This document shows positions 29,330 to 43,670 of a DNA stretch of 64,000 nt, one piece after another (within the stretch, counting starts at the first letter, position 1; every line of letters starts with the position of its first letter). The position numbers and the translations under genes were made by a program. The stretch is from the NCBI RefSeq assembly GCF_009914755.1, contig NC_060931.1, one strand, 5' to 3'. Under the pieces are notes generated by a model. The model had not been told where the DNA came from. It was given only the letters and a program-made list of their open reading frames with translations, and made no database searches. The DNA comes from the human T2T-CHM13v2.0 reference genome, Homo sapiens.

Positions 29330-30278
29330 CAGTAGTCCCCTGTCAATGACAAGAGTAAAACCCTGTAAAATATTTGAATAAATTTATTCTGAGGCAAATA
29401 TTAGTGACCAATGGCCGGTGACAGCCCTCAGGAGATACCGAGAACATGTGCCCAAGGAGTTTGGGCCATAACTTAGCTTTATACATTTTAAGGAGACACA
29501 AGACGTCAATCAATAGATGTAAAATGTACATTGGTTCAGTCTGGAAAGGAGAGACAACTGGACGTGGGGGCTCTCAGGTCATAGGTAGATTCAAAGATTT
29601 TATGATTGGCGATTGGTTGAAAGAGTTAAGTTATTAACTAAAGACTTAGAATCAATAGAAAGGAATGTCTGGGTTAAGATAAGGGTTTGTAGAGGCCAGA
29701 GTTTTATCATGCAGGCAAATTCTCCAGGTAGCAGGCTTCAAAGGGAATAGATGGTAAATTTTTTTTTTAATCAGACTTAAAGAGTCTGTTCTCAGTAATT
29801 TCAAAAGGAAGGACGGTATAATGAGGCATGTCTGACTCCCTCTTGCCATCATGTCCTGAACTAGTTTTCCAGGTTAACTCTGGAATGCCCTTTGCTGAGC
29901 CATGGGTTCTATTCAGATGGTTGGGGGACTTGGAATTTTATTTTTGGTTTACGTACCCTATCTGTGATTTCTCTCTTCCCATAGTTTCAGTTACTTGCAG
30001 TCAACTGTGGTCCAAAAATAGGTGAGGGCAGTACAATAAGATGTTTGGAGAGAGAAAGATAGACCATATTTACATAACTGTTATTACAATATATTGTTAC
30101 AGTTTCTCTATTTCATTATTAGTTATTCTTAATCTCTTACTCTGCCTAATTTATAAATTAAACTTTATTATAGGTGTGTATGTATAGGAAAAAATGTAGC
30201 GTATATAGGATTCAGTACTACCCGAGGTTTCAGGCATCCACTTGGAACGTATCTCTTAAGCATAAGTGAGGACTACTG
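29330..30278. mobile_element. MER44-like (Tigger7-derived) DNA transposon, split by an LTR
   Basis: TA|cagtagtcccc ... ggactactg|TA terminal inverted repeats. Confidence 0.8.
29341..29953 (-). mobile_element. MER4-family ERV1 solo LTR
   Basis: Right end ggaattttatttttggtttac is the reverse complement of the MER4 start. Internal cagccctcaggag...gaacatgtgcccaagg. Confidence 0.78.
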
Positions 30279-30474
30279 TACCCGCAACCCCAGGCTGATC
30301 CAGATGAGCTAGAATCCTCTTACTGAAGCATTGGCTTTGACATCAGGGAGCCTGGTGCCAGCATTTTGGAGTGTGAAGATTGTATTTACATCCCTGACTC
30401 CTCCCACTTTTCCCACACTCCCACCCACCCTTAAATTAGCATCATCAATCTATATCATTGTGTCCTTAGGGTAA

Positions 30475-30478
<4 letters not shown>

Positions 30479-30528
<50 letters not shown>
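30479..30528. repeat. (TG)~25 microsatellite
   Basis: Directly visible. Confidence 0.98.
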
Positions 30529-30529
<1 letters not shown>

Positions 30530-33500
30530 ATGTGTCTGTGTGTATACACCACTTCTCCTGTCAATGGCTTCTAATCGTCCCTCATTCTTAGCATGATGTA
30601 ATTAAGCAACAAACTCACATTTTGTGATCCTTGTGGTAGGTTGTACAGAGGGAAGAATAGAAACTTAAAGTAAGATTGGCCTGGTTTCACTCTCTGCTTG
30701 GTCCAAACCTCAACTTGTGCCTAGAATTAGCAACCGGAGGAGAAAATGGCCAGCAGAGAGTCTACCCAAGAAGACTAGACTAAATTTCCAGGGGAATTTA
30801 GTTTTTTTTTGTCCTTGAGTTGCTTCTACAACTCTTCAATGTCTTTAAAAAGTAAGTTTTTGAAAACTGTTTTTTCTAATTGTCACAGTGGGAGGATTGG
30901 CCTCCTCCAGGCTACTACCTCTTACCTGAAGGCATGGGTGAGGTTTTTAAGCTAGTGGGTCTGTGTACTGTAAATACTAGGTATAAAATGAAGACACAAA
31001 TCAATTTAGAGCAGGATCTCATTATGAAAGGAGTCATTTGCATACCCAGACTTAGTTATGCTAATATAAGAACACTGCTAGACTCTCCTTACCATGGGGT
31101 GAGGACATAGCAGAATCTTTGAAAAATTCCTGTGGTTTATCAGTTTGCAAAAAGATCCCTGGAGGCTTATAGTATGGAATGACTGTGAGACTCCACCCTC
31201 ATCTTCCTAAGAATTGAATTAGAGAAATCTGTTTTTAAGAGTGTGGCCCTAAAAAATATCTGCTGGCATGAAAGGATCTCAAGGTCCCCTAAGGGGAATT
31301 CATTATGAGAGTGTCTGCTCATGATTCCCGTTCAACATAAAAGCATGGAGGTTCTTTGGGAAGGAGAGGTTCTAGCAAAACATGTAAGTGAGGCTGAAGA
31401 ACCCATGGATCTACCCACCAAGACATATTGTCATTCTTTGAGAACAATAGCTGAATATGTGAGTGAAAAATAAAAGAGCTATGCCCTTGGGACCCAAGTG
31501 TGAGCTTTGGGCTGTTCAGGGATCTGCACTGGTAAGAGTATACCTGATCTTTGAGCTAGAGTCCTTGCAACTCTGCAGGGCCAGTGTTCAATAATGGGGT
31601 TCTATGTAAGTAACAGAAGCAGTAATGCTGGTAGGCTAAAGAGACTTTCCAGTTAGGCTGCTTGGGAATACTAACCCATTTAGATTCAATGAGCCTTGGG
31701 GATTCTTGGATAGTTTGCAGTGGGAGCCTCAAGAGAGAGATCTTGGATTTCTACTAATTAGGATTGGAGGAAAATGTGTAAATCTGGTAAAGAGGGTTAT
31801 ACCAGCTATACCAGCTTTCAAGCTCTAGTTATTCATTTGTAATGGGAGTAGGGACAGAGTATAAGGGAAGAAAATTCTAGTAGCATGATAATATTAGTGT
31901 TTTAAGACAACCAGCTCTTAGGGATCATTAGGCTTTTGAGATCCTTTTACTCAACCACAGGAAATCAGAGTGTGAGTTTCTGATGCTTTCATGGACAGGT
32001 CATTATATATACGCCAGACTTACTTGAAGACACTTTCTGAGCCACGTGATAAATAGCAGGCTATTGCAATTACTACATAAAATTGGAGTTTTCTTGACTT
32101 TAAGAAGAGTTTTGGAAGTAGTAAGCATAGTTAATGCTCTCCTATTCTTGTATTTTAATTGTTGCAGGTTATTTTTCATTAGATTAACACTAAGAAGTCA
32201 ATATTGTAATCTATTTGTGGCTCTCAGAAAACGTACAATAATTTCAGTTTAACCAATTTACAAAACAATCTTGGCAAGAATTTGGTTTGCATACTTATGA
32301 GAGATTCAAAGCTGGGTACTACCTTTATGGTATGAATTTGTACCAGGCATGATGAGAATTTTTTTTGAACGTGTACATCAGAATTGCTTGAAGAACAGTT
32401 GAGTCTTATGTTTACTCATTCCTTTATTTGAAAAAGCGTATGAACTTATTGAATACTTGCTGTATGCCTGAGTGCTTTATCGTGGAATCCAGATTGAGAA
32501 GTGAGAAGAGAAATTGGTGTAGGGAAAGGGAAGAAGGGAGGGAGCCTGCCTAAAGGAAATACTCCCAATCATCCTTGGCTAATGTGTATTGGAATTGTAG
32601 CTTTATAGATTAGATTAATTTTAGTGAAAAGTTGACGTTTTATAATATTAGGTCTATTGTTGTATTATCTCCATTCATTCAAAGTATCTCCTTTTCATTA
32701 CTAAAGTTTTGTAGGTTTCTGTCTTAATAGTTCTGCATAGCAGTTACTGTTTATTCCTAAGTATTTTTTGTTTCTGCTATGAGTTTCTACTACCCTAAAC
32801 AGTTGCCCAGCTTTCAGTAAGTCCTTCCCACATCCACACATACAAATTCACTCTCCTTCTTTTAGGTTGACTGAAGAGGTGTAAAAATTATTTTCATCTT
32901 TCTGTGAGATAAATTATTCATTTTTTGTTATAATGTTTATCTTTAAATTTTAACATGCTTACTTAACAATGCCTGAAGTTTATCAATACTTCTACCCTTC
33001 TAAACAATTTAAGTTAAACTGCTTAAAATTGATCACTCCATTTCCATCTTGATATTGTTGCCAATACTTTGTCTCACTTTGTTTCACTTTGTTTTATTAC
33101 CAGACATTAGTAATTACTAGTTATTTCTAAATATTCACTATTGTCTACATTTGACTGCACAAGTACAAATTTCTTTATTCATCATATCTTCTTGCATCTC
33201 AGTTCTTCCTTTTAGAATATATTTCCTTTTTCCTGAAGTTCCTAGACAGAGTATGCTCTTCGTAGATTTTGTCTCAAAATGTCTTTATGTTGTCCTTGCT
33301 CTTTAATGATAATTCAGCTGGATATAAAGTTACACGTTGACATTTATTTTCTTTCAAGAAATTTGAAAATATGATTCCATTGTCTTCTGCTTTCTATCAG
33401 TGCTTTGAAAAAGTCTGCTATTAGTTTGATTATTGTTCTTTTTTAGACAACTTTTCTCTCTGGTAGCTTTTTGTGTCTTCTCTTTTTCTTCTACTCTCTA

Positions 33501-34314
33501 CAGTGTCTCAGCAATATGTTTTGTTATAGATTTATTTTGTTAATTCTACCTGGTAGTTATGCTTCTTGAAACAGGTTTTATATATTTCATCCATTCTGGA
33601 AAACAGTCATTTTCCCCATTTTCTCTCTCTTTCTGGAACTTCTAGTATAAGTATATGAGGAACCTTTTCATTCAATCTTTCATGTCTCTTAATCCCTTTT
33701 GTATTTTTTCTTTATATCTTGGACAACATTCTGGGTAATTTCTTTAAATCTATCTCTTACCTACTTCATTAACTTTTTCTTTAGCTGAATCTATTTTTTT
33801 CTGATCAGCAGAAAAACATCCACTGAGTTTTTTTAAAAAGACCTATTTAATCAACATCAAGATCAGACTCTTATAGTGATCAACAATATGCATACAAAAA
33901 TAAGTATATTATAAAACTTTTGTTGTAATGCTTCATACTTTCCACAGGAAAAAAACTAAAATTTCTGTTATATAGTTAGTCACAAGAACTATCTTTATGG
34001 ATTTTTGCTCATAGGAGTATGTTCTAAAGCATCTCTTTTTGTAGGATGTAGATCCTGCCACCGCAGTTGGCTGAGTTAATAAACTTGTTGTAACCTGTAG
34101 CTTTCCTGTTATTTTTCAGGCTTTCCTCTTTTGCTAAGCACTTTTTTTTGGCAGTAATTAAAATCTTCTGCCACTGCTATAGCTTCTCCTGATGCTAATA
34201 CAACCATAACCACCTTGGTTTTGTGGTTTGGCAAAGTATTGGCTCTCCCAGTATAAGAACCGGAGCTTCTGCTCCATGATCTCCTTCCTTTATGGGTCCA
34301 GAATTTGAAGATTA

Positions 34315-34545
<231 letters not shown>

Positions 34546-34729
34546 TTACAATCTCTTGCTTAGCCAGGGATTTCCCTACTTCACAGTTATGGCCATTCAT
34601 AGTATGTTGTTTCCGAATGACAATCTTATCCATGAACTTATGGTCACCAAAGTTTACAGAAGCAAAGACTCTCCTCATCACTGCCCCAGTCTGTAATGAT
34701 TTCACTTCAGTCAATCTTCCTATACTGCT

Positions 34730-34849
34730 ATGTATTATCTGTTATGAGAACGATAGATGCAGTTGCCTGTGTAAGGAAATATTTAGTGGCTGCTTCTGTA
34801 GAGCGGGGTTTTTTTTTTGTTTTTTTTTTAATGAAGATTGGGATAAGGG
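34730..34849 (-). pseudogene. NUMT piece 1: MT-ND2 5' fragment
   Basis: Reverse complement ccccgctctacagaagcagccactaaatatttccttacacaggcaactgcatct encodes ND2 'PRSTEAATKYFLTQATAS'. Confidence 0.9.
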
Positions 34850-34867
34850 GATGGAATTTAGGCTTAG

Positions 34868-35183
34868 CCTATAATTACATTAATTTTATTGTCCCTAGGA
34901 GGTTTACCTCCATTAACAGGATTTCTGCCTAAATGAGTCATCATTCAAGAACTTACAAAAAACAACAGTCTTATTTCCCCAACCATTATAGCTATTATAA
35001 CCCTACTCAACCTATACTTTTACATATGCTTAATTTACTCTGGCTCAGTGACAATATTCCCCACATCCAATAACATAAAAATAAAATGACAGTTTGAAAA
35101 CACAAAGCCCACATTATTCCTCCTCCCACTTATCTCTTCTACCTTCCTTTTACCCATTTCCCCATTAACACTATCTATGATCT
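34868..35183 (+). pseudogene. NUMT piece 2: MT-ND2 3' end
   Basis: tccctaggaggtttacctccattaacaggatttctgcctaaatga encodes 'SLGGLPPLTGFLPKW' in the mitochondrial code; also ataaaatgacagtttgaa. Confidence 0.92.
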
Positions 35184-35222
35184 AGAAATTTAGGTTAAAC
35201 AAGACCAATGGCCTTCAAAGCC
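35184..35222 (+). pseudogene. NUMT: truncated mt-tRNA-Trp (5' half, anticodon TCA at 35215-35217)
   Basis: agaaatttaggttaaacaagaccaatggccttcaaagcc follows ND2 directly, as in mtDNA gene order. The T-arm and 3' acceptor strand are missing. Confidence 0.88.
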
Positions 35223-35226
35223 ATTG

Positions 35227-35737
35227 AACATCACCCGTCCAATGAATCCCCTCCCCCATGAAAAAAGTTTTATGTTTCTATGTTAATTATCCCACAGATT
35301 TCTTAAATTATAGCATTCACAGACACAGAACTAATCATATTTTATATTCTCTTTGAAGCTACACTTATCCCTACACTAATCTTTATTATCTGCTGAAGTA
35401 ACCAACCAGAACACCTCAATGCAAGCTCGTATTTCCTATTTTATACACTAGTAGGGTCTCTCCCCTTATTATACTTATTTATACCCAAAATACCTTAGGT
35501 TCACTAAATATAATAACGACATTCAGTACCCAGGAACTACTAGTCTCCTGATCCAACAATCTCATATGATTAGCATGTATCATAGCTTTTATAGTAAAAA
35601 TACCCCTATATGGACTTCACCTATGACTCCCTGAGGCTTATGTAGAAGAAACCCCCATTGCTGGCTCAATAGTACTTGCAGCAGTGCTCCTAAAATTAGG
35701 TGGTCATGGTATAATACAGCTCACCCTCACCCTTAGC
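35227..35737 (+). pseudogene. NUMT piece 3: internal MT-ND4 fragment
   Basis: acagaactaatcatattttatattctctttgaa (TELIMFYILFE); cccctatatggacttcacctatgactccct (PLYGLHLWLP); attgctggctcaatagtacttgcagcagtgctcctaaaattaggtgg ([15 protein letters not shown]). Confidence 0.93.
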
Positions 35738-35872
35738 ATTGACTTAATGGGCAGAATATTATGCTTTGTTGTTTGGACTTATGTAGTACAGGAATAACTG
35801 CTAGAATGAGAAGAGCGAATAGAAGGGCCAGTATAACTCCTAGTTTATTAGGAATGGATTGTAAGATTGTAT
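35738..35872 (-). pseudogene. NUMT piece 4: MT-CYB fragment
   Basis: Reverse complement tccattcctaataaactagga...tccaaacaacaaagcataatattctgcccattaagtcaa encodes cytochrome b 'SIPNKLG...SKQQSMMF.PLSQ'. Confidence 0.9.
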
Positions 35873-36349
35873 AATCTTCCTATACTGCTCAAAATAATCT
35901 CTTACATGTTGTTCTTCAATGTCTTCCTTAATGCCACAAAGATCTTTTTCATAGGTAACTGGGCACCTGGTCTTTGGTAAAATTTTTAAAAAATATCCCT
36001 CTTTGATTTCACAACTCTTCCACCACCTTGTGTGGACTTCCATTCATGACTGAATCTGCTTGCACCATGGTGGCATATATGACAAACCTAAAGATTCTGG
36101 AGTGCTTAGTGTGTGCGTCTTTCATTACCACACAATCTGTGTGCATTTCCCATTACTGAAAATGGCTCTTCCATCTCTTATGATTATTTTAATGAAGAGC
36201 TTCTGCAGTTCTTTGGGCTCTTTGGGACACTGACTAAGACATGACTGCAACAGGAGGAGACTTTAACTGTGTTTCCTCTGTTGTGGCCACAGGCAGAAAA
36301 TCACAGAGTTTTTCATATCAGTGGTTATATTTTTAATTTCTGGGTAATT

Positions 36350-36777
36350 CCTTCCTTCCCTCCCTCCCTCCCTCCCTCCCTTCCTTCCCTCCCTCCCTCC
36401 CTTCCTTCCCTCCCTCCCTCCCTTCCTTCCTTCCCTCCCTCCTTCCTTCCCTCCCTCCCTCCTCCCTCTCTCCTGCCTCCCTCCCTTTTTTTTTTCAAGG
36501 TCTTGCTCTGTCATCCAGGCTGGAGTGTAGTAGTGCAAACATAGCTCACTGCGACCTTGACCTCCGGGGCTCAAGCAATCCTTCTGCCTCAGCCCCCTCA
36601 AGGAACTGGTACTACAGGTGCATGCCAAAACACCTGGCTGATTTGTGTACTTTTTTTAATAGAAATGGGGTTTCGCTGTGTTGCCCAGGTTGGTCTTGAA
36701 CTCTTGAGCTCAAGCAATTTGCCTGTCTCAACTTCCCAAAGTTCTGGGATTATAGGCGTGAGCCACCACACCTGGCC
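36350..36777 (-). mobile_element. AluJ-like element with a (CCCT/CCTT)n tract expanded from its tail
   Basis: Polypyrimidine tract 36350-36485 fused to the Alu T-tail; TSD-like ctgggt on both sides. Confidence 0.88.
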
Positions 36778-36823
36778 CTGGGTGTTCTCTTTCAAACATC
36801 TTTTAGCTTAATCTTTTTTCTTT

Positions 36824-37486
<663 letters not shown>

Positions 37487-39190
37487 CATCTTTTTTCTTT
37501 AAATATTATGTACCTTATTTATGTATTGTTCATTTTTAATTTTATTGTTCTAAACAGATTTATTTATATAATCAGTCTGTAATAATTTTATTATCTAATA
37601 TTCTTGGGAGTCTAAGTCTATGATTTGTTTGTTCTATGACTCTTCATCATGGTGGCTTATTTTGTGGTATGTTTTGTAATTTTGAATTATGAACTCAGGT
37701 TTGGTGAAATTTTTATCTGTGGGAATCCCCTTCAGCCTGGTTAAAAATGTGAGCTTCAAGGAGGTTTTGCCTTTGCATCTGCTCAATCCAGAAAGTATTT
37801 AAAGGTTGATTTCTTAATTAAACAATTCCTGGCATATACAAATTATGTAAATTCTAACATCAGAATAAGGTGAGAAGAGCATGTCAGCTGTAAATGGTCA
37901 GAGGACACATTTTCTCTATTACAATTCTATTTTACAACAGACTAGTTCTTTGCTGATTCCCTGAGGTTGTGGTCAGGTTTTTCCTTTATTAAATACATAG
38001 CTCTTTGAAGAGTTTGACTTTAGCTTTATTTCCTACACCAACGTGGTCTTCAAAACCCAAACATCTAAACAGAAACATTAGTCAACTTCTATTGGGGTAC
38101 CGAAACTTGGATTTTCAGCTTTCTCTTCATTTTGGTCTTTGGAGCTTTCCTATATTAGAGACTGAAGGTTGGGAGAGTACACTTATACATTTCAAAAGAT
38201 GTTTATTTTACTTTATGCAAAATTTCTAGGCATTTGTAGCCAGGGGCTTTTTTGAGAAATATTTGGTATGCCATATTACCAGAAATATTTATGTCTCATT
38301 TATTTCATTTATCTTATGCTATGGTGTTTCCCAAACACTAGGGAAAAATGTTTGGCAGATTGTAAATTGTACCAGATATTTGTTGAATAAATAATTGTTG
38401 AATTAAGGAATAAAGCTGGATAACATCCACATATTTTAGAAGAAATTTTCAGAAGATAGATTCTTAACTCCAGGCAGCAGCAGTAAGGATGGGGATTTTA
38501 GGCACTGTTCAAGGACAATGAAAGGAAAATGATACTTGGAGATGAGTTGTTCCCTGTCATGGGTGTTAATATATTCTACCTAGGGGTCTGATTCTGCTAT
38601 AGTTGCTATTAGGAAAAAGGCTTACATGTCCAAGGAATAGAAAAACTTCCTTTGGCCATCGTCTCACTCTATTTATTGCTCCAAAAGAATGAATCATTTG
38701 AATACAATAAAAGTTGATTTAAAAAAAAGAATCAAATTCTAGGAAGGATTAAACTCCCTAGATTTTATTTACTTATTTAACATACCGCCTTCTTCATGAT
38801 CTCACATTCCTTAACAGCTTTCTCACAGATTAAAATGCATAACTGGGGACAGTTTTTTTCCCCATCATGAATAAACATGAGTGTAAATCTATTCCATATA
38901 CTTTTAGAATAATTATAATAAAAATTCTCCATCCTCTCCTTTGACCCCTTGTTTAAGATTTCATTTATACAAAGATTCCCTCACTTGCCTTCACTCCTCA
39001 GATATTCATGTGAGGACTTGTCCTTGGTTCCCCTACTTTCTGAACAGGTTTCCCTTTTATTAATTTGGCCACCATCAGAAACAACCCCAATCACAAGTTT
39101 GGACTAAGTGACCAGTCAACTGGATATCAATTGGAGGTCAGTGCTAGGAACCTATGTTCATCCCTGCTGGACTGTTTCTAGATTAGAAGG

Positions 39191-39552
39191 TGTATTAGTC
39201 TGTTTTCACTCTGCTGATAAAGACATACCCGAGATTGGGTAATTCAAAAGAAAAAGAGGTTTAATGGACTTACAGTTCCACAAGGCTGGGGAGGCCTCAT
39301 AAGCATGGTGGAAGGCAAAAGGCAAGTCTTACATGATGGCAGGCAAAAGAGAATGAGAACCAAGTGAAAAGGGAAACCCCTTATAAAACCATCAGATCTC
39401 ATGAGACTTATTCACTACCATGAGAACAGTATGGGGGAAACCGCCCCCCATGATTCAATTATCTTCCACAGGGTACCTCCCACAACACATGGGAATTATG
39501 GGAGCTACAATTCAAGATGAGATTTGGCTGAGGACACAGCCAAATCATATCA
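39191..39552 (-). mobile_element. THE1-type MaLR solo LTR
   Basis: tgtattagtctgttttcactctgctgataaagacataccc...caaatcatatca, flanked by a gaagg 5-bp TSD. Confidence 0.92.
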
Positions 39553-40059
39553 GAAGGGGAGAGATTACCTTTTGTTTCTAGAAGCATTATCCAATAATCT
39601 AGTATTGTACAAATCTTCCCAGTTTCCTTTATGAAGAGAAAGAACACCCATACTTCATGTTACAGGAAGCAAAAATCTTATCGTTAATAGATGCCAATAT
39701 CATATTTACATGTAGTTTTTGCCTTTAAAATATTTTAAAATACATCGTTACATTTGAAAGCAAGTCTGAAAAATATTTCTTAGACATTGTTGCTAAGAAA
39801 ATTCTTCCTTCTTCAATGAGAGGGCAAGATTACTATGAAAAATATTTTTTAAATTATTGACATGTTAATTCAATCTGATTAATCAAGCATTAGGCAGAGG
39901 CTTGGAGAAAACTCTTAAATTATGATTCATACCATGTCTAAGTTGATACATAGTATTTTAGAACCATCATCAACTAGGGACTGACTCTCTACATGACAGA
40001 GAAAGCAGGTTTCTCATGACCAGAAATCTCAGATTTTCTGCAAGAATCTAAAAACTATT

Positions 40060-40366
<307 letters not shown>

Positions 40367-42253
40367 TAAGGAAAAGTGCCTGTTGTGTATAATTCAAAGT
40401 TACTTTCCGTTAGAGTTATGTTCAGTATGTACCTACATATGATTTGCTATCTAAATTTCATATAAATTAAATAAAAATCATGGAAATATTTTGGCCATCC
40501 ATGTATCCTCTTTTTTGCTTAGAGAATATGATCATTGAACTGGTCATTTTCAATAGCCAGTTGGACGAATGAATACTCATTGAGTTCTAATCACAGGGAG
40601 CTCTGGTATACTAGAAAGGACACTGGAGTGAGAGTTAGAAGACAAATACTTGAGTTCAGGCTGTGCCTCTTATATGCTTATAAGTCTTTTATTACCTGGA
40701 GCAAATTACCATATCTGAAACTTGGCTCATCTCAATATCCGTATCTAAGGGTGGTTCTAAGCACCAAATCCAATCCAAGTACTTTACAAAGTGCTTGTCA
40801 AGTAAAAGGAAAAGTGTTCGGTGTTAGTCCTTCCAGAAGGTTCTGAGCAAGTGTATGTTTGTCTTAGTCACCATTACATTTCCAGTACGTAGCACAGTGG
40901 TTGACTCATAGGAGATGCTCAATACAGCCTTACTGAATGAATAATAACTGTTCTTCCCTGAAGATGATTCAGAGTGTCTTGCTCATATCACAGTTCGAAT
41001 CATGAAGTTTCTTTTGTTTTCCCATGAATAACATCTGGAGGTTGGAATAAATAATCTGCAAAGTTCCTTCCAAATGTGACATTCTGTGATGCCAGGAATT
41101 TTCACTCTCGGGATCCTGAAGTGTCATGTAAACTCACTGCTGTGTTGAAGTCCCATATCTGTATGACAGAACAATAATAATTTTCAGAAACTGTTTAATT
41201 ATCTGTCTACAATATATAGATCAGGGGAATCATCTTGACTTGCTCATTCCGTTGGTTCAGAAAAATTAAAAGAAATTTGCCAATGAATGGTTAATAGCCA
41301 AAGGAAATATTCGAATTCATTTGTCTGTATAGACAGTCTGCTGAGTAATTCTTACTCTAGTTACTAAATCCTGTAGAAGAGGAAAATTTCTCATCTGTGA
41401 ATCATGATTCTAATAAAATCTCCAAGGGCTGGTGTAAATACTTTTAAAAACACAAGTGCTTATTATTTCATGAGAGTTGCTGAGAAGATAAGGCATTGTT
41501 TATAGTTACAGCAATATATAGGAAAATTAAACCCGTACTCCCTTCTCCTTCTAGTTGTACTCTTAGGCTGGGAATATTTGTCTTGATTAAGCACGATTCC
41601 AAAATGACAATTCAGGGTTCGAGGCCTTTCATGAAGCCTTCATTACTATTGGAGAATAATGATCCCGGGGCAGATGCCAAAGATTATATGGGTGGGTAGA
41701 CTTTTGGAGACACCGAGTCAGATTTTGTTTTCTGTTTTTCCTGCTATTTCTTCGGCTGGTGGGCGACCTCCACCTGTAACCTGAAGCACCTAAACATTTA
41801 CAGATGGGTTTGTGACGCTCCCCAGCCTCTGCTTAAGTCACCAGTGTGAGCAGTCCAGCTGAGTGAATCCTGGTTGCATCTTTGTCATTTAATTATTTGA
41901 ACTGGGTTTACGGGGAATAATGTGACTCCTCTCGTCTGTGGAACTTAGGAAGGCCTACGATGCTATTAAAAGAGGACTGGGTGAACTGCCTGGGGAAATC
42001 CAGGGCCTATGATTCAATTACAGGGGCTTTCACGGGGTCAGTCACTACCCAGAAATTACAAAATCAAGTTAAGGGTCCAAAAATAGCCTACATGTTAAAT
42101 TGATCATGTTGATCAGATTTTAATCATGCTCTTATCTAGAACTAGATAATACCATGAAGGAACAGATCACGAACTATTTGTTCATCCAAGCGGTTCTTGT
42201 CTGATCGTTACTTCGTTGGGCAGCATAAAATATAAATTCAGTTTCGCCCATGA

Positions 42254-42823
<570 letters not shown>

Positions 42824-43471
42824 TGAGGAGGGGCGTTTCAATGAACAAACTGCAAATGAGACCCATCCTGACCTTAAACTTGAAATTCTCTCTCTTCACT
42901 TGAAACCCAGACTTTCTTCATTTTGCAGGGTCTCCTCCTCATTATTACTCTCCCTGCTGACTATCTTGAGCAACTCAAAAGTGTTTAATTATTCGCTGCA
43001 GATGTCTGCTGTTCTCACTCCTCCACCTTTCCAGGCATATGTATCTTGGGGATTTGGGGTTTTCTGTTTTTGTTTTTCCCACTGAGAGTATTGTGAAACT
43101 GAAGAATTCCTAAAAACTCTGCCTCCAGCTTCTAAAACCACATTATTGTTTCTCCTTGTTACCCTTCCATCCTTTGTCTGATTCCCCACAGTTAATGCCC
43201 ATCCTAGAAACCCAGGAGCCTCACGCTTGCACAGACTCCAGGGACACACAGCGCGGGCCTACAGGAGCTTCCAGTCAAGTTTTAGCCTTTTTTATTCTGC
43301 CCCATGATGCTGAGGGGTTTCACAACTACCCCTTTTCCTAAAGATTCCTTCCTAGGAAGCCTGATACATTAATACTAAGAAGGAATCCCATTCAACTAAT
43401 GTTCCCGATGAGGTGTTCCTAACCGAAAGTGGCTTGCATTTTAATAGAGGGCTTAACCCAAAGTGTTAGAC

Positions 43472-43670
43472 CAGTGGTTCTCAACTGAGAACAATTTCAC
43501 TCTCACCCCTCCTTCCTTCCCTGGGGAACATTTGGCAATGTCTGGAGACATTTTTGGTTGTCACAGCAGGGAGTCAAGGGAGTTACTTCTGGCATATAGT
43601 TGGGGGGTAGAGACTAGGGTTGCTTCTAAACATCCTACAATGTTAGGACAGCCCTGTCACACAAGAAGTT
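43472..43670. mobile_element. MER20-like hAT fragment
   Basis: cagtggttctcaa...acatttggcaatgtctggagacatttttggttgtcaca. Confidence 0.8.

Noticed and set aside
35184-35222. Functional tRNA gene
   Set aside because: Truncated mitochondrial-type tRNA-Trp lacking the T-arm and acceptor stem partner.
34730-35872. Mitochondrial contamination or assembly chimera
   Set aside because: The sequence is heavily diverged from modern human mtDNA, has indels and stops, and is precisely bracketed by a nuclear TSD.
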